Virus record (IMG/VR): IMGVR_UViG_3300028797_000093 | Reading direction: 5' to 3' (one strand) | Length of the DNA: 64,000 bases | Origin: a virus | Taxonomy: Duplodnaviria > Caudoviricetes | Shown: one piece after another, positions 1-10,820 of the stretch | Position numbering within the stretch: position 1 is the first letter of the stretch | Layout: each line of letters opens with the position of its first letter | Notes under the pieces: generated by a model | What the model was told of the DNA's origin: nothing | The model's input: the letters and a program-made list of their open reading frames with translations, nothing else | The model's database searches: none | Program-made: the position numbers and the translations under genes

Positions 1-139
1 GAATATCAGGCATTAATCTTATAGAAGATCCTTCAAATACAGGATTATCAACCAATAATTTAACTTGATTTACAGCTGTTTCTTCTACATCATCAGTAAA
101 AATTTTAGCTATAGTATATTTACCAGCTATCTCTATCAT
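1..139 (-). CDS. rtcB: RtcB-family RNA ligase, N-terminal fragment (runs off the window edge)
   Basis: Hand translation from ATG at 139 (GGAGG RBS upstream) gives MIEIAGKYTIAKIFTDDVEETAVNQVKLLVDNPVFEGSSIRLMPDI, matching the typical RtcB N-terminus up to the MPDxH motif. Confidence 0.7.
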   Translation of the reverse strand, partial: MIEIAGKYTIAKIFTDDVEETAVNQVKLLVDNPVFEGSSIRLMPDI

Positions 140-246
140 AATATAAACCTCCAAATATACTTACTAATATAATATATAACCATTTAATAGAATAAAAAAT
201 AAATCGAGGGGTATTTAAACTAATACCCCTCTACTAATTATATTAT

Positions 247-804
247 TTATTTGCCAAATTTATCAATATAGTATTTGGTTGCCATATCTATATTTTTTCC
301 TGGATTTCTTATTTGCCACTCATGATTTGCAGCGGCTTTTAAATTATTTAGATTTTTATATCCATATTTTTCTTTATCATAGAATATTAAATTTATACTG
401 GTATCTAATTTAGATTCATATATTGATACATTCTTTCCATTGATTATTTTACTATTTCTATCATATATAAAATTAAGAATTGTAGTTCTTAAAATAACAG
501 AAACAGCAATAATACCATTTAAATATTGATCAGTTTCATCATTATATTCAATATGAGATACTTTTTCATTAGCAAGTGCATCAAATGGAATATCATAATC
601 AGTAAAAAATCCTACAGATGTCCCATGTTTATCTGAACCTATTGCAAATTTAATTCTATAATTATGAGGGTAAGTTATTCTATTCGTTTCATTTGTAATA
701 TCAATTCTTACTTTTTTATCTTGATCAAGTGTACCAATAGAAACTTCTAATAAAGGTTTCTGTTTAATTTTACTAATAATATCTTCAATTCTAAATACTG
801 ACAT
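247..804 (-). CDS. hypothetical protein, paralog family A
   Basis: Shares GT.V.F...YD.PF, IA.SV..R..IL and W..RN.G..I with 2824..3402. Confidence 0.75.
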   Translation of the reverse strand: MSVFRIEDIISKIKQKPLLEVSIGTLDQDKKVRIDITNETNRITYPHNYRIKFAIGSDKHGTSVGFFTDYDIPFDALANEKVSHIEYNDETDQYLNGIIAVSVILRTTILNFIYDRNSKIINGKNVSIYESKLDTSINLIFYDKEKYGYKNLNNLKAAANHEWQIRNPGKNIDMATKYYIDKFGK

Positions 805-832
805 TATTTTTTCCTCTTTTAATTTATTTTTT

Positions 833-1336
833 TTAATAGTTTTCTTTTAATAGAAATTCTTTATATGGGTATTTTTCTGACATTAACGAGGCTCTTCTTG
901 GTTCTATTGTTTTATTATTGTATACTAGGTAATCAACATAGACATTTTCTATAACATCTCCTTTCATATGAATAGTCATTAGGGTGGAATTTGCGATTAG
1001 TTTTTTGTAGATTTCTATAGCCTCGTCTCTATCAGATATAAGTCCTAGATCAATTTCTTGGTCTAGGACTTTCATTTCACCAATTCTAGTAACAAATATA
1101 AATCCAGTAAATGATTTATCCTTTATAGAATAATCACTTATTTCTGTTCTAGATTTAAAATATTTAATTCCATCATTCCCACTATAATTCATAATATAAT
1201 GATACGGGAGTAATATTTCATAATTAAAATATGGAGATTTATATCCTGTTAATTTATATTCTCCATAATTAATTTCTCTTAAATTTATAATCTCTTTATT
1301 GTTTAAATATTCATTAAGAACATCTTCGAAACTCAC
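833..1336 (-). CDS. hypothetical protein, paralog family B
   Basis: LTG.K...F.YEILLP..Y motif. Confidence 0.75.
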   Translation of the reverse strand: MSFEDVLNEYLNNKEIINLREINYGEYKLTGYKSPYFNYEILLPYHYIMNYSGNDGIKYFKSRTEISDYSIKDKSFTGFIFVTRIGEMKVLDQEIDLGLISDRDEAIEIYKKLIANSTLMTIHMKGDVIENVYVDYLVYNNKTIEPRRASLMSEKYPYKEFLLKENY

Positions 1337-1337
1337 T

Positions 1338-1814
1338 TCAATATTCCTCTCTAGCTATATTATAATAATCATCATATAATAAAGAAACAAAATCAGATGT
1401 TCCATAATCAAACATATTTTCTAATTCATCAAGATTAGAATACAACTGTGTGTAATATACATAAACATTATTTATTGAATGATCTTTATTAAATGAAATT
1501 ACAATAATAGATGATTTATTTACCCTATTTTTATACTCATCTAATATTTCTTCATCGTTATCAATCTCTTCAAAATCCCTTATATAGTGATCAAATCTAG
1601 ATTGGTTTAAATTGAAAACTATAATCTCATTACCAAATTTATCAGAGTTAATTAGATTATAATCTAAATCTTCATTGATATGAGAAAGCCCTAAATGCTC
1701 ATATCCACAATATATCATATAATAATTCTCAGGAAGAAGAATTTCATATTGAAATAATGGAGTTTTTATTCCTCTTAATATGAAATCTTTATATTCAATT
1801 ATTCTAGTAGACAT
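1338..1814 (-). CDS. hypothetical protein, paralog family B
   Basis: GIKTPLFQYEILLPENY motif; start moved to ATG 1814 behind an AAGGAG RBS. Confidence 0.75.
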   Translation of the reverse strand: MSTRIIEYKDFILRGIKTPLFQYEILLPENYYMIYCGYEHLGLSHINEDLDYNLINSDKFGNEIIVFNLNQSRFDHYIRDFEEIDNDEEILDEYKNRVNKSSIIVISFNKDHSINNVYVYYTQLYSNLDELENMFDYGTSDFVSLLYDDYYNIAREEY

Positions 1815-1905
1815 TATTAAATACTCCTTTTGTTTATTCACTCATATTATATATAATTAATTTAAAAATAAATAGGGAGTATTTTCACACTCCCTAACAT
1901 ATCTA

Positions 1906-2808
1906 TCAATATTCTATTCTAGCTAGTCTATTCTCTTTAAGATCATCAGATCTATTTACATATATAAATTCACTATGGCAATTATCACCATTTGCATTCA
2001 TAATATATTCTGTAATAATATTAGTTATATATTTATTTTCTTCATCAAATTTAATATAAGTTATAAATCCAAATATACAAATGTGTTTATATAAAGATAG
2101 TGCATCTTCATCGCCATCAATATAATCCACATCAGTACAAACTATTGGAATAGATTTTGGATTTAAATTAATTATTGTGATTAACCCATTAAATCTTTCA
2201 GAGTTAATTATACTATTATCAATGCTACAACTTCTATATATATTTCCTTGATCTTCATATCCACCATAGATCATAACGTACTCTCCAGGTAGAAGAATTT
2301 CATAAGGAAACAATGGAGTTTTGATACCAGTTAATACATGATTATCATATATAAACTGTTTAATTTGCTTCGTATTATTATCTATTTCTAATAAAGATAC
2401 TGATTCCTCATATTTAAAACAACCAATATTATATTTAAAAGATTCTGGTGATATATACCTAAAATAAATATCAATATCAGAAATCTTTTTATTATCATTA
2501 AATTTTATGAGAATATACTCACAATCTCTAATGATTCTATAATACTTATCTGGATCTTTAGGATCTTCTTCTATTTGTTTAACTTCATGTATATTTAATG
2601 GATGAGAATCAAAATTAACAATTATTATTCTATCTTTTATATATTCTAATTTTAAATCATCGTTAAAACTTTCAATAAAATCTAAATCTGAATCAATTCC
2701 TATATATATTATTTTATATCTATTCGGAAGAATAAGCGAATAATCATATAGATCTGTTTTTAATTTGGTTAAAACATTACCATAATATTCAATTTTCTCT
2801 ATAGACAA
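1906..2808 (-). CDS. hypothetical protein with two family B domains
   Basis: Motif occurs twice: LTKLKTDLYDYSLILP and LTGIKTPLFPYEILLP. Confidence 0.75.
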   Translation of the reverse strand: MSIEKIEYYGNVLTKLKTDLYDYSLILPNRYKIIYIGIDSDLDFIESFNDDLKLEYIKDRIIIVNFDSHPLNIHEVKQIEEDPKDPDKYYRIIRDCEYILIKFNDNKKISDIDIYFRYISPESFKYNIGCFKYEESVSLLEIDNNTKQIKQFIYDNHVLTGIKTPLFPYEILLPGEYVMIYGGYEDQGNIYRSCSIDNSIINSERFNGLITIINLNPKSIPIVCTDVDYIDGDEDALSLYKHICIFGFITYIKFDEENKYITNIITEYIMNANGDNCHSEFIYVNRSDDLKENRLARIEY

Positions 2809-2823
2809 ATACCATCATCCTTT

Positions 2824-3402
2824 TTAATAAGTATTACCTTTATATGAAACAGTTCTAATATCTATACCTTTATTCCTTGCTTTCCACCAAGGATCTAAAA
2901 TTTTTTGTATTTCATCATCATCTGCATTTTCAATACTTTTTAAAGTTCCACCTAATTTATTAAATAGATCAGTAATAGCACTTGCGCAGAAAAATCTATT
3001 TGAATATTCTGTTGTACCACTAGAATTAATATACATCAATATTTCACTTCTAGCATAAACAGAAATAGCAATAGCAAAATATAAATAATTTTTTGTTGAT
3101 GGATAAGTTCCAGATGCTATATCATCATTTTCAATTGATTTCTTAATGACAGAAAACGGTAAATCATAATTTTCCATAAACTCTACAAAAGTTCCTAAAG
3201 TAGTATCACCTTTTAATATTTTTACTCTAAAATCGTGTTTATATTTTTGCAATTCTGACCTTGTTGGAATATGTATTCTAATATATTCAGTAGCTTTTTT
3301 ACTATCTTTTAAATCGACTATTCTACCTTCTGTTAGTATTACATCTCCATTTTCATCAATGTTTTGATTAATTAATTTTATTGGCTCTTTAGGATAAATC
3401 AT
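2824..3402 (-). CDS. hypothetical protein, paralog family A
   Basis: Similar to 247..804. Confidence 0.75.
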   Translation of the reverse strand: MIYPKEPIKLINQNIDENGDVILTEGRIVDLKDSKKATEYIRIHIPTRSELQKYKHDFRVKILKGDTTLGTFVEFMENYDLPFSVIKKSIENDDIASGTYPSTKNYLYFAIAISVYARSEILMYINSSGTTEYSNRFFCASAITDLFNKLGGTLKSIENADDDEIQKILDPWWKARNKGIDIRTVSYKGNTY

Positions 3403-3433
3403 TTTATTTTCCTTCCTTTACTTTAATATCTTT

Positions 3434-3916
3434 TTAATAATATTCTTTACACAAAAATCTGTTACGTTCTTCTGTATAAGCATCATCAATCAACATATCC
3501 CAAGACGTTCCTCCATCATAAAAATCACCATCACCTCCTACAATATATTCGATTGATGTGTTTTCTATATATCTATTTTCATTAAAATAGATATATATAA
3601 TACTAGAACAACGTGTTATCTTTTTTAATATATTAATACAGTTGTCCTGGGATTCCATATCAGGGAAAATACTTATATTTGGTGTATTATCATGTATAAT
3701 TATAGGATTCATATTGATTACACCAATAGTATTTTCAAATTTATCATTACTGATTAAACTATAATTAAAATCAGTATTGATACTTTGTGGTCCTAAAAAT
3801 TCTAATCCTTTATAAATCATATAATAATTCTCAGGTAAAAGAATCTCATAAGGAAAAAGATGTGACTTTAATCCTGTGAGTATATATCCTTCATAATTTA
3901 TCTTTCTAATTGGCAT
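3434..3916 (-). CDS. hypothetical protein, paralog family B
   Basis: LTGLKSHLFPYEILLPENY. Confidence 0.75.
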   Translation of the reverse strand: MPIRKINYEGYILTGLKSHLFPYEILLPENYYMIYKGLEFLGPQSINTDFNYSLISNDKFENTIGVINMNPIIIHDNTPNISIFPDMESQDNCINILKKITRCSSIIYIYFNENRYIENTSIEYIVGGDGDFYDGGTSWDMLIDDAYTEERNRFLCKEYY

Positions 3917-4358
3917 TTTCTTTTTCCTTTCTATGTAAGAAATCTTTTCCTATATATTTATCGTCAGGGTTTATAATAAACTCTACACATGTATATTGAT
4001 CTATTAAATAATATATAGATATTTTTTCTATATATTTATTTTTATTAAAATGAAGTGTTATCATGATAGAAGAATCTATTAATTTCATATACTCTTCTTC
4101 ATTAAATTCATCTATATTAATTTCTTTTCCAAATATTTTAAAATCACCAATTCTATGAACCATCATATCTCCAGTGAATTCTTTTTCATCATTAATCTCT
4201 TCTAAATAAATATCTGTTCTTGTTTTGAAATCTATATTTCCTGTAAAACTGCTATATGTAACAAAATAATTTCCAGGTAAAATTATTTCATATGGATAAA
4301 GATTAGTTGATAAAATTGTATATTCTGTTCCATTATAATATAATCTTTTAAGAGACAT
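3906..4358 (-). CDS. hypothetical protein, paralog family B
   Basis: LYPYEIILPGNY; closest to 833..1336. Confidence 0.75.
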   Translation of the reverse strand: MSLKRLYYNGTEYTILSTNLYPYEIILPGNYFVTYSSFTGNIDFKTRTDIYLEEINDEKEFTGDMMVHRIGDFKIFGKEINIDEFNEEEYMKLIDSSIMITLHFNKNKYIEKISIYYLIDQYTCVEFIINPDDKYIGKDFLHRKEKENAN

Positions 4359-4462
4359 AATATATTCCTTTCTTATTTAATAAACATGATATGATATATT
4401 TATATTATATAATTGATAATAAAAATAATGGGTATAGTCATATAAGACTATACCCATATATT

Positions 4463-5971
4463 TTACAGCATATTCTTTATAGAATCAAATATACGGAGAT
4501 CATCTTGAGTATAATTAGATCTAGATAGTTGTAGAAGAGTATTTACATTAATAAGAGTATCTCTCTGTTGACTATAATCATTAGAGAAATATCCATCATT
4601 CTTAGAGATATACATATTACGTGGGTTAAATACAGTCTCAGAGATATTAAGAAAATCTTGATTAATGATATAAAGAATATTAAGAGTATCACCATCAAAA
4701 TCTGCTCCAAGTCCTTTAATAACTTGAAGAGATATATTCATAGTATACCCTGTAGATATTCCAATACAATAACACTGTAGAATACCACCATAAGATATGG
4801 TAGGATTTCTATTGATAATAATAGGAATCCCTCTTGGAGAATCTTTGATAATTCCAAGAATAATATTTCTTACTAGAGGATTCTCTTGTACAAGAGAATC
4901 TGTTACTAGCATCTTATAAGCATCATCATATCCAATAGAATATGTCTTATGAAGGATATTGATAATAACTTGTTGCAGAAGTCCTACAAGAGATTGATAG
5001 GATAGTCTAATCTCATCAATCTTTAAATCAGGACCAGGAGTAATAACACTTCTAGAAGTAAAGTTAAATCTACCACCAAATACAGATCTAACTGTACCTT
5101 TCTTACCAGATATAATCTTTACAATCTCATCATAGAGTTCATTATACTTAGACTGTAGATTATAAAGCAGTTCATTCTTGGGCTTCTTCTTTCTGAAGAT
5201 CTTAAGAGAGTCTTGATTTATATTAGCTGCTAGTCTAGCCATAATATTATAAAGAGCATTAGTACCCTCATAGTTCAAATTACGACCATCAATCTTAAAT
5301 GGCCTCAAATGAGTAGTATATACAGGAATAGATTGAATGAAGATATTATCCCTATTAGCAATAATATCATCATAATAATCTCTCTTAGTGTTATAATATC
5401 TACTCTTATAATACTCTAATATTTCATCAAACTTATCATAGAAGTCTAACATTCCTAAACCATAATAAGGCTCATCTTTAGGCTTCTTTATATTCTCAAT
5501 TTCCAGTCCGTCTTCATCTTTCTTATTAACTGGATTGATAATATTATTGAAAGCAGTACTACCAATGAAGTATGATAGTGTCTTAAACAAATTAGGATGA
5601 ATAATATGATAAGGATCTTTTAAAGTAATATAACCAAAATATCCGAACTGATCGTCTACATAACGTACAGGTTCTCCACATTTGGGACACACTATACCAT
5701 TATACAATTTAGAATCATAAAATCCACATTTACACTTATATCTATTAGCAAATGGGTTAATATCCTGAAGAGTCTGTCCGAATCTAGAGGAATAAATACC
5801 ATTAGGATCTTTAATATCATCTTTTACAGCTTTAGGACTAGATACAATAAATCCATTCCCTGTAGCAAGATCGTGTTCTCTTTCTTTATCTAAATTAAGT
5901 CTTACAAGTTTAGTTTCAAAATCATAATTAGGATCATTAGGATAATGTAGAGATACATTCAATTCGGCCAT
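4463..5971 (-). CDS. phage multisubunit RNA polymerase beta' subunit, N-terminal half with catalytic motif
   Basis: Zn-finger CKCG...CPKCG, GKKG..R....GGRFNFTSRSVI, NRNPT and catalytic ADFDGD; start at ATG 5971 behind GGAGG. Confidence 0.93.
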   Translation of the reverse strand: MAELNVSLHYPNDPNYDFETKLVRLNLDKEREHDLATGNGFIVSSPKAVKDDIKDPNGIYSSRFGQTLQDINPFANRYKCKCGFYDSKLYNGIVCPKCGEPVRYVDDQFGYFGYITLKDPYHIIHPNLFKTLSYFIGSTAFNNIINPVNKKDEDGLEIENIKKPKDEPYYGLGMLDFYDKFDEILEYYKSRYYNTKRDYYDDIIANRDNIFIQSIPVYTTHLRPFKIDGRNLNYEGTNALYNIMARLAANINQDSLKIFRKKKPKNELLYNLQSKYNELYDEIVKIISGKKGTVRSVFGGRFNFTSRSVITPGPDLKIDEIRLSYQSLVGLLQQVIINILHKTYSIGYDDAYKMLVTDSLVQENPLVRNIILGIIKDSPRGIPIIINRNPTISYGGILQCYCIGISTGYTMNISLQVIKGLGADFDGDTLNILYIINQDFLNISETVFNPRNMYISKNDGYFSNDYSQQRDTLINVNTLLQLSRSNYTQDDLRIFDSIKNML

Positions 5972-6125
5972 AAAAACATATACCTCCAACTTCTATTTAA
6001 GATATAATATGTGTTTAATTATCTGTTTAAATTGAATTAGAATACTAAAAATAAACCACGTAGAGCAGATAATAAACTCTCTATTATGATCAAGAATATA
6101 AACCACTCTACGTGGTTATTATATC

Positions 6126-6452
6126 TTAGAAGCTCTGGACTTCCAGCCCAGGCTTCTTACTCTTGATCATTGTTTCAACCTCATTAACCAAAGAATGTAC
6201 TTTAGAGATAGTTTGAGTCTCTTTGGCAAACTCAAGAACTTCGATCAGTCCATCTCCGATATCAATAATCTTCTCAGGAATTCTAGTATATTCAGGAACC
6301 TCGTTATTAGCAATTTTATTATGAGTAAACTCAAGCAGCTTATTATGATTACTCTTATCATATTCATTACACAGTTTGATAAGACCTCTACGAGAGAAAG
6401 AATTATAAGCAGATACTTTCTCAGCTGAGGTTAGTCTTTTTTCACTTTCCAT
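6126..6452 (-). CDS. hypothetical protein
   Basis: ORF with AGGAGG RBS before ATG 6452. Confidence 0.65.
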   Translation of the reverse strand: MESEKRLTSAEKVSAYNSFSRRGLIKLCNEYDKSNHNKLLEFTHNKIANNEVPEYTRIPEKIIDIGDGLIEVLEFAKETQTISKVHSLVNEVETMIKSKKPGLEVQSF

Positions 6453-6519
6453 AATATGAACCTCCTGAAAATATAATAGATACATAAGTATCAATATAAT
6501 ATTATATTATTGATTAAAA

Positions 6520-6828
6520 GTTTAAATGATAAGGCGGCGCCATAGATCCAGCCGGTAGCACCAGAGTAGTAGTAGAGATAAACACAGAAAACGCCGCAAG
6601 TGAGCCCAGAGGCAGAATAACCACCACGACGAGCATAATGAGTACCACTACTTTGAGAAAAATAATTATTATTAATTTAAATGATAGGGCGGCGCCATTG
6701 ACCCAGCTGGTATTACCAGAGTAGAAGAGAGTAACACAGAAAGTACCACAAGCAATACTAATGTTCGAGGCACCACCACGAAGAGCATAATGAGTACCAC
6801 TACTTTGAGCAAAATAATCACAATAAAA
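6520..6828 (-). repeat. variable-cassette cluster 1: two orphan DGR-VR-like cassettes (about 6520-6666 and 6676-6828)
   Basis: Minus strand translates to YFSQSSGTHYARRGGYSASGLTCGVFCVYLYYYSGATGWIYGAALSFK and FYCDYFAQSSGTHYALRGGASNISIACGTFCVTLFYSGNTSWVNGAALSFK; no start codon or RBS. Confidence 0.9.
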
Positions 6829-6829
6829 G

Positions 6830-6857
6830 AAGAGATAGGAAATTAATCCTATCTCTT
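6830..6857 (-). terminator. intrinsic terminator after 6865..8070, abutting cassette cluster 1
   Basis: AAGAGATAGGA-loop-TCCTATCTCTT hairpin followed by a T-rich tract on the minus strand. Confidence 0.8.
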
Positions 6858-6864
6858 AATATTT

Positions 6865-8070
6865 TTAATATCTATTAGGAACAATGTCAGGATAGTTTAC
6901 AAAGACTCCATATTGTTTTCCCTTATAGACAGTAGTCTTGAGCAAATCATCTCTTAGATCTTTGTATTTATCCAGTAGCTTACTCCATTTCTTGAAGTCA
7001 TCAGGACTAATCTTTTCTGTATTGATATAATCATCAATAATAGATACTCTAGTATTGATCTTTCTCATCAGATAGATAGCATCGTCTTCTTCTTCTACAT
7101 TTTTACATCTCATAGCAATCTCGAAGTAATCTTCATCAAATTGCTTCATAGTATTATACTTAAATTTATGAAGAGTACCTTCATTTACAGGAATGATTCT
7201 TACATGTTCTAGTCCTCTAATAAGAGATTTCATATAATTCTGCTCAAGAACACTAGCAGATAGATCAATAGCTTTTTTAAGAGTCTTAATAGCCATGATC
7301 TTACGAGTAGATAGACTACTAAGAATTCTTAGAGTCCATAGCATTGTAGCAAACGGATTATCTACATCTTCATGTAGCCTAAAGTTATTCTTAGCAATCT
7401 TAGAGATAAGATTCTCAAGCTGATCATCAAGATCTGCATAATGAATAAACTCATCTGCTGTAAACTTATCTCCACTATTAGTGAATAGAGAACTATGCTT
7501 AGAGATATATTCTGCTACAGCAAAAGCCATAAAGTCAATAGCATCTTTATCCTTAAGATTTGCAATTACCTGATCATTAGCAGCACAGTAAGCATCTACC
7601 TGAACTCTTAGATCATCTACAGGAGCAGAGCTATTTACTACATGACCAACCTCATATAGAATAACTGCCATCATTTCATTAGCAGTCATTCCAACAAGAG
7701 GACTGAACATCTTACTATCAAACTCTACATCTACAGTCTTAATTCTTACAGGTTTTTCTTCGAATAGAATATCATCAAGAAGATATCTATCCATAAACTT
7801 GTGAGAAGGCATAACCTTAACACCAAAGAACATCTTATCAGTATTCTCAGTTACAATGAAATTCTCACAACTACTATCAGGACCAAATGTCATATCTTGA
7901 GTAGTATGATAATCAAATACAGAATTGATAGCATCCTGCATTTCTTTTCTCTCTTTCATAGAGACTTTTCCTTGTTTCTCTACATAGAGAGCACAACTAT
8001 CACGAAGCCTAGAGAAGTCATTAGAGATTCTCTTAGGAATAAATCCGCCTCTCAATTCTTCTTTATCCAT
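6865..8070 (-). CDS. probable virion structural protein
   Basis: 401-aa ORF, AGGAGG RBS, AACA-N6-TA promoter at 8118-8129, close to the capsid gene. Confidence 0.5.
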   Translation of the reverse strand: MDKEELRGGFIPKRISNDFSRLRDSCALYVEKQGKVSMKERKEMQDAINSVFDYHTTQDMTFGPDSSCENFIVTENTDKMFFGVKVMPSHKFMDRYLLDDILFEEKPVRIKTVDVEFDSKMFSPLVGMTANEMMAVILYEVGHVVNSSAPVDDLRVQVDAYCAANDQVIANLKDKDAIDFMAFAVAEYISKHSSLFTNSGDKFTADEFIHYADLDDQLENLISKIAKNNFRLHEDVDNPFATMLWTLRILSSLSTRKIMAIKTLKKAIDLSASVLEQNYMKSLIRGLEHVRIIPVNEGTLHKFKYNTMKQFDEDYFEIAMRCKNVEEEDDAIYLMRKINTRVSIIDDYINTEKISPDDFKKWSKLLDKYKDLRDDLLKTTVYKGKQYGVFVNYPDIVPNRY

Positions 8071-8196
8071 AATATATCTTAATCCTCCTGGAAAAAATAA
8101 TATTTGGGTATTCTATTTAATTAATTGTTGATTCAATTAGATCCTCTTATAAAAAATAGTAGGTGAATCTGAGTAATTCACCTACTATTATATACA

Positions 8197-9381
8197 TTAC
8201 ATAAGTTGATCAAGAAGCTTTACAGTGGAAAATCCACTAGCTCCAGCATGTCCTCCACCACCAAAATCTTTGGCAATGACAGATGCATCATATCCTTGCT
8301 CAAGATACTTCTTATGACAATAGATAGAATACTTCCACACATCTCCATCAAAGTGATAAAGAAGACAGAAAGGATAATCTTCAAACTTATCTCCAAATAC
8401 GAAACTATTACCTCTACCATTTACACACAATACGTCAACCATACCATGTTCTTCATCATAGAAGAACCTTCTTACAAAACTATATTTGGTAGAGATCTCT
8501 TCATTTTGAAGATCAATATATCTCTTAATTATATCACCAGCATCAAGAATATCAAGATATTTACCTTCTCTATTATTATGATAATCTCTCATAAGATCAG
8601 TATAAATACTATTATTAAACATTTCAAGACCATAATGGAATGGAAGAGTATCTACATACTCATGCTTCCAAATATCATAGTCATCAATAAGCTTAATATA
8701 CATAGGAGGTTCTATATCATCATATGTATAATTATAAAATATTCTATTATATTTAGATTTATTATAAGTCTCTGTATATACATCAACTGTTCTTCTAGCA
8801 GCCTCTTCAACAGTATATGTATCTAAAGAGTTTCTGAATAGATTAAAGATCTCTTTGATCCTCTCTTCAGTAATATCTATATCATGTATTGGTTTACCAT
8901 TGTCTCTATTATCAAGAATCAATCCATCCATATAAATAGAAAAGAATCTATTCATATACCATGAAGTCATAGAAGATGAAGTTCCATCTACAAGAATAGG
9001 AATAATCTTATAATGCATATCTTCTACTGGTTGTTTCTTATACCACATAGAAGTTTTATGATGATCAGTCCATACTACAAGTCTAGACTTCTCAGCAATT
9101 TTATATAGAATATCAATAGTATCTTCAGTAAAAGAATAGTCTGTAATAAAGACTATTCTATTCTCAGGAATTTTATCAAATGGAAACTCTAAAGGATAGT
9201 TTAAGTTAAGGAATAGATCAGGATCATCGAGAAACTCGATAGCCATTCTCTTATCACTTTCAATATAATGATTTCCAAGACAATCAATACCAATAACAGC
9301 ATCAAACATATTTACCATAGAAGCATATCCATCAGCATCAATATGACTGATGAAAAATACATCATTTAGTCCAATTCTCAT
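8197..9381 (-). CDS. DHH/DHHA1 phosphoesterase
   Basis: HxDADG, TD, DHH and C-terminal GGGGHAGASGF motifs. Confidence 0.9.
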   Translation of the reverse strand: MRIGLNDVFFISHIDADGYASMVNMFDAVIGIDCLGNHYIESDKRMAIEFLDDPDLFLNLNYPLEFPFDKIPENRIVFITDYSFTEDTIDILYKIAEKSRLVVWTDHHKTSMWYKKQPVEDMHYKIIPILVDGTSSSMTSWYMNRFFSIYMDGLILDNRDNGKPIHDIDITEERIKEIFNLFRNSLDTYTVEEAARRTVDVYTETYNKSKYNRIFYNYTYDDIEPPMYIKLIDDYDIWKHEYVDTLPFHYGLEMFNNSIYTDLMRDYHNNREGKYLDILDAGDIIKRYIDLQNEEISTKYSFVRRFFYDEEHGMVDVLCVNGRGNSFVFGDKFEDYPFCLLYHFDGDVWKYSIYCHKKYLEQGYDASVIAKDFGGGGHAGASGFSTVKLLDQLM

Positions 9382-9506
9382 TAATTTCCCTCCTTTTTAG
9401 TAGTTTACTGTGTAAATAGACACAAAATGCCTTTTAAACGCATTTCATGCAAAAATGGCTTCCCAAGTTAATTCAATTGAATGCTCTCAGGAAGGGGTAT
9501 ATCAAT

Positions 9507-9758
9507 TTATTTATCAGATTTGTATAAAATAATCATCATAATATTTTGAGCTATAACTACTAAAACCATAAGAAAAATAGTTACTAAAAATGGAATTCTT
9601 GGATTAATAATATTAAAAACTGAAAGTAGTCCAAGGGTAAACATAATGAATATATACAATAAGCAAAAGATTAATAATATATTTAAAATAGCTTTATGAG
9701 TTATCTTTTTCTTATTGTTTCTTGAATTCTTCAACATCTTCTTCATTATATAGATCAT
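9507..9758 (-). CDS. small membrane protein
   Basis: Two hydrophobic segments. Confidence 0.45.
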   Translation of the reverse strand: MIYIMKKMLKNSRNNKKKITHKAILNILLIFCLLYIFIMFTLGLLSVFNIINPRIPFLVTIFLMVLVVIAQNIMMIILYKSDK

Positions 9759-10029
9759 ATTTTACATTATCAAAATATTTAGAAATATCTATTTCTTTTT
9801 TGATCTCTTTCTCTAATTTATAACGCTTATGTGAGATATGAATATCATATATTATATAAACAACTGAAGTAACTATAGTCAGGATTCCTATAATAAATCC
9901 TCCTATAGTTTTATTAAAGAATAGTATAATAATTCCTATCCATAGAATAATAATATAAGGATAAAAGAATTTATTCGCTATAAAAGATACTACTTTATCT
10001 ATAAAAGGTTTATACTCTTCATCATTCAA
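9712..10029 (-). CDS. small membrane protein
   Basis: Two hydrophobic segments; AAGGGG RBS. Confidence 0.6.
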   Translation of the reverse strand: MNDEEYKPFIDKVVSFIANKFFYPYIIILWIGIIILFFNKTIGGFIIGILTIVTSVVYIIYDIHISHKRYKLEKEIKKEIDISKYFDNVKYDLYNEEDVEEFKKQ

Positions 10030-10105
10030 TATTAATTATCCCCTTTCGATATAAATCTATTATTATAATATATAATTAAATCTAAAAATAAAAAAGAAGA
10101 GATGA

Positions 10106-10728
10106 TTTAAATGATAGGGCGGCGCCATGAGACCAGTCGGCCGCCCCAGAATTGCGACTGAGAGCAATAAAGAAAACGCCACAAATAGAGCCATTACCAC
10201 AGCCACCATTACGAAAAGCATAACGAGTACCACTATTTTGATAAAAATAATCACAATAAAAACACATAGTTTAAATGATAGGACTGCGCCATAGTTCCAG
10301 CCAGTCCCAGAAGACGAATAGAGTAGAGCAACAGAAGTGAAACCACAATAAAAATCAATAACACAGGAACCACCACGTCTAGCATATGCAATACTCGTAG
10401 CTTTATATATAGATATTTAAGATACTGGTTTAAATGATAGGGCGGCGCCACGATACCAGGAAGTATTAGTAGCAACAACATTTAGAGAAACATAAAAAAC
10501 ACCACATCTAGAACCATCGTTTGAATGACCACTACGAAGACTATAATGAGTACCACTACTTTGATAAAAATAATCACTTATTGGTTTAAATGATAGGGAG
10601 GCGCCACTGAACCAGTAGGTAGAACCAGAGCCGACGTTGAGATAAACATAGAAAGCACCACAAAGGAGCCCAGTGTTCGAGGCACCACCACGAAGAGAAT
10701 AATATGTAGTACTCGTAGCTTTATATAT
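10106..10728 (-). repeat. variable-cassette cluster 2: four orphan DGR-VR-like cassettes
   Basis: Four copies of + strand TTTAAATGATAGG..GCGCC at about 10106, 10269, 10418 and 10582. One ends ...GAALSFKPVS-stop. Confidence 0.9.
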
Positions 10729-10746
10729 AGATAAAAAAATAAAAGA

Positions 10747-10773
10747 GGAGGGTACTCATAAAGAGTACCCTCC
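10747..10773 (-). terminator. capsid-gene terminator abutting cassette cluster 2
   Basis: GGAGGGTACTC-ATAAA-GAGTACCCTCC followed by a T tract on the minus strand. Confidence 0.85.
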
Positions 10774-10820
10774 AAAATAGTGCTTAACTATTACAGTCAA
10801 TCACTCGGCTACAGTGTCAA

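Noticed and set aside
6054-6117. tRNA or structured ncRNA
   Set aside because: A 12-13 bp stem with a long AT-rich loop and no D or T arms; more likely a terminator for 6126..6452.
10063-10775. Short ORFs over cassette clusters (also 32565..33023, 54955..56131) as real genes
   Set aside because: They lack RBSs, mostly read the wrong frame (…APPYHLN) and arise from the repeated cassette sequence.
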